Origin: an uncultured Planctomycetota bacterium
GTDB lineage: Bacteria > Planctomycetota > Planctomycetia > Isosphaerales > Isosphaeraceae
DNA: 64,000 bases
NCBI GenBank assembly: GCA_963823665.1
Contig: CAWGMQ010000010.1
Coordinates: 2,400,001 to 2,464,000 of the forward strand
Reading direction: 5' to 3'
The translations under genes were made by a program, and so were the position numbers. Shown here piece after piece: positions 62,730-64,000 of the stretch. Under the pieces are notes generated by a model. It did not search any database. It was not told where the DNA came from and saw nothing but the letters and a program-made list of their open reading frames with translations. Position 1 is the stretch's first letter. Every line of letters starts with the position of its first letter.

Positions 62730-63209
62730 TCAATCCCTGACCGGATCAATCGGCCCATTCGGCCGCTCCGCTCCCCGGGCCGACGGTGAGAGACCGCTCG
62801 GACTTACCGTCCTCGTCGGCTGAATTTGCTCGAGCCAATGCAGCGTGTAATTCTGGCCCGCACGGACGGCCACCGGCAACAAGAAATCCCAGTTGGCGAG
62901 CAGAATACTCCAGCCGATCCTCGAGCGTTCCTGACCGTCGGCGCTGGCGCCCGCGACCGGTTCAGCAGCAAGGGCCCCGTCAGCCGGGCGTGCGTCGCTG
63001 GCCCTGACCTTCGGGTGCCTTCCCGTGTAGACCAGATAGCCGACCGCCGCCGCCGCGCCCAGGGCGATCCAGGGATACATCCACGTGTACCGTCCCCAGT
63101 CGATGACAGCCTCGGCGCCGGCGACGGATTCGCTCACGTGTTCATGGCGCTCGCGGCGGATCGCCGCCATCTGATGATAGATCTCATCGACGTCATTCGA
63201 TCCCGTGAC
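62730..63209 (-). CDS. Hypothetical membrane-anchored protein
   Basis: VDEIYHQMAAIRRE...YPWIALGAAAAVGYLV; start uncertain. Confidence 0.55.
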   Translation of the reverse strand, partial: VTGSNDVDEIYHQMAAIRRERHEHVSESVAGAEAVIDWGRYTWMYPWIALGAAAAVGYLVYTGRHPKVRASDARPADGALAAEPVAGASADGQERSRIGWSILLANWDFLLPVAVRAGQNYTLHWLEQIQPTRTVSPSGLSPSARGAERPNGPIDPVRD

Positions 63210-63391
63210 CACGGCTGACTCCCTGTAGTTTCCCGGAATCTGCCCCGAATCATTGAATGAACGGTGTTCGGGCAGCCTCACGACGAAACTGCCCCCGCCA
63301 AACAAGACCAAAGGACCGTCCGCCTCCTCCTCAAGCCGAAGACCAGCGAGATCACGAAGAGGACCAGGAAAACGAACCGCAACAAGCGCGC

Positions 63392-63630
63392 TCAGCGCCC
63401 TGCGTTCTTCATCTTGTCACCGACGTTGTGCACAACATCCTTGGTCTGTTCGGCAACGGTGTGCGCTGCGTCCTTGACCTTCTCGCCGACATTGTGTGCG
63501 GCGTCCTTGGTCTTTTCGGCCACATTGTGCACGGCGTCCTTGACCTTGACTCCGGCGTCATGCGCGACATCCTTGACCTTCACGCCGGTATCGTGCGCGA
63601 CGTCCTTGACTTTCTCCGCGGCATCGTGAA
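63392..63630 (-). CDS. LEA-like 11-mer repeat protein (start uncertain)
   Basis: KVKDVAHDTGV KVKDVAHDAGV KVKDAVHNVAE KTKDAAHNVGE KVKDAAHTVAE QTKDVVHNVGD, encoded by 33-bp tandem repeats. Confidence 0.65.
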
Positions 63631-63838
63631 ATCCCTCTTTCGGCCAAATCCTCGAGCGGAGAATTTGAGAGCCTCGCGCTTCGCATGCCGCCGACGGCAC
63701 CGTAAAGTCCGGTCCGACGTTGCCGCAGAGGTATGACCCGTCCCGCGCGGAACTCTAACAAATCGTGGCGAAAACAACGGTTGCACGCCGATCAGATGTC
63801 CCAGGATCGGTCTACGGATTTCGACACGGAGTGTCCAG

Positions 63839-64000
63839 ATGAGCCGCTACATCCTTCCTCTATTAGCCATCCTCTCATTCTCGGGCTGTAGCGTGCTCGA
63901 GCGCGTTGATATCGCGCTTGATGAACTCGACATGACGAACAAACAGCTTGCCAGGACCAACGAACAGATCGCCACCATCAGTGAGCAGATGACCGCGACG
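63839..64000 (+). CDS. Putative lipoprotein (runs off window end)
   Basis: MSRYILPLLAILSFSGC lipobox, then coiled-coil-like sequence; GGAG RBS. Confidence 0.55.
   Translation, partial: MSRYILPLLAILSFSGCSVLERVDIALDELDMTNKQLARTNEQIATISEQMTAT

Overview
A GC-rich bacterial window. The gene complement (PEP-CTERM protein, several DUF2294 paralogues, a BlaI/M56 pair) suggests a planctomycete, possibly Isosphaeraceae-like; this is inference. Single-base frameshifts in otherwise intact genes, even ppdK, look like assembly indels. The left part (1-22 kb) holds the glpK end, a Septu/PtuAB-like ATPase+HNH pair, ppdK, a nucleotidyltransferase with a UvrA-like gene, oxidoreductases, a P450 and a BlaI/M56 module. 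The right part (~22.4-64 kb) is a general-stress/desiccation/cold island. It carries CsbD, DUF3309, DUF1328, GlsB, YihY, ferritin-like, Cu-storage, LEA-like and ice-binding proteins, a desaturase, MMPL, hybrid kinases, a PP2C phosphatase, two Crp/Fnr regulators, HPr and four DUF2294/MpsC-like genes. Main finding: a ~110-nt non-coding element occurs 12 times between 24.7 and 61.8 kb. It is always intergenic, always on the strand of the next gene and just upstream of it, and always 47-69 nt downstream of a sigma70-like promoter (mostly TTGCTW-N16-18, then a TATAAT-like -10). It has a conserved 5' GUCGGAYGACU motif, a covarying internal hairpin and a long covarying intrinsic terminator. I do not recognise it as a known riboswitch class. 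It is best explained as a candidate new attenuator/riboswitch-like leader controlling a stress regulon, with the DUF2294 proteins as candidate trans-acting partners (hypothesis).
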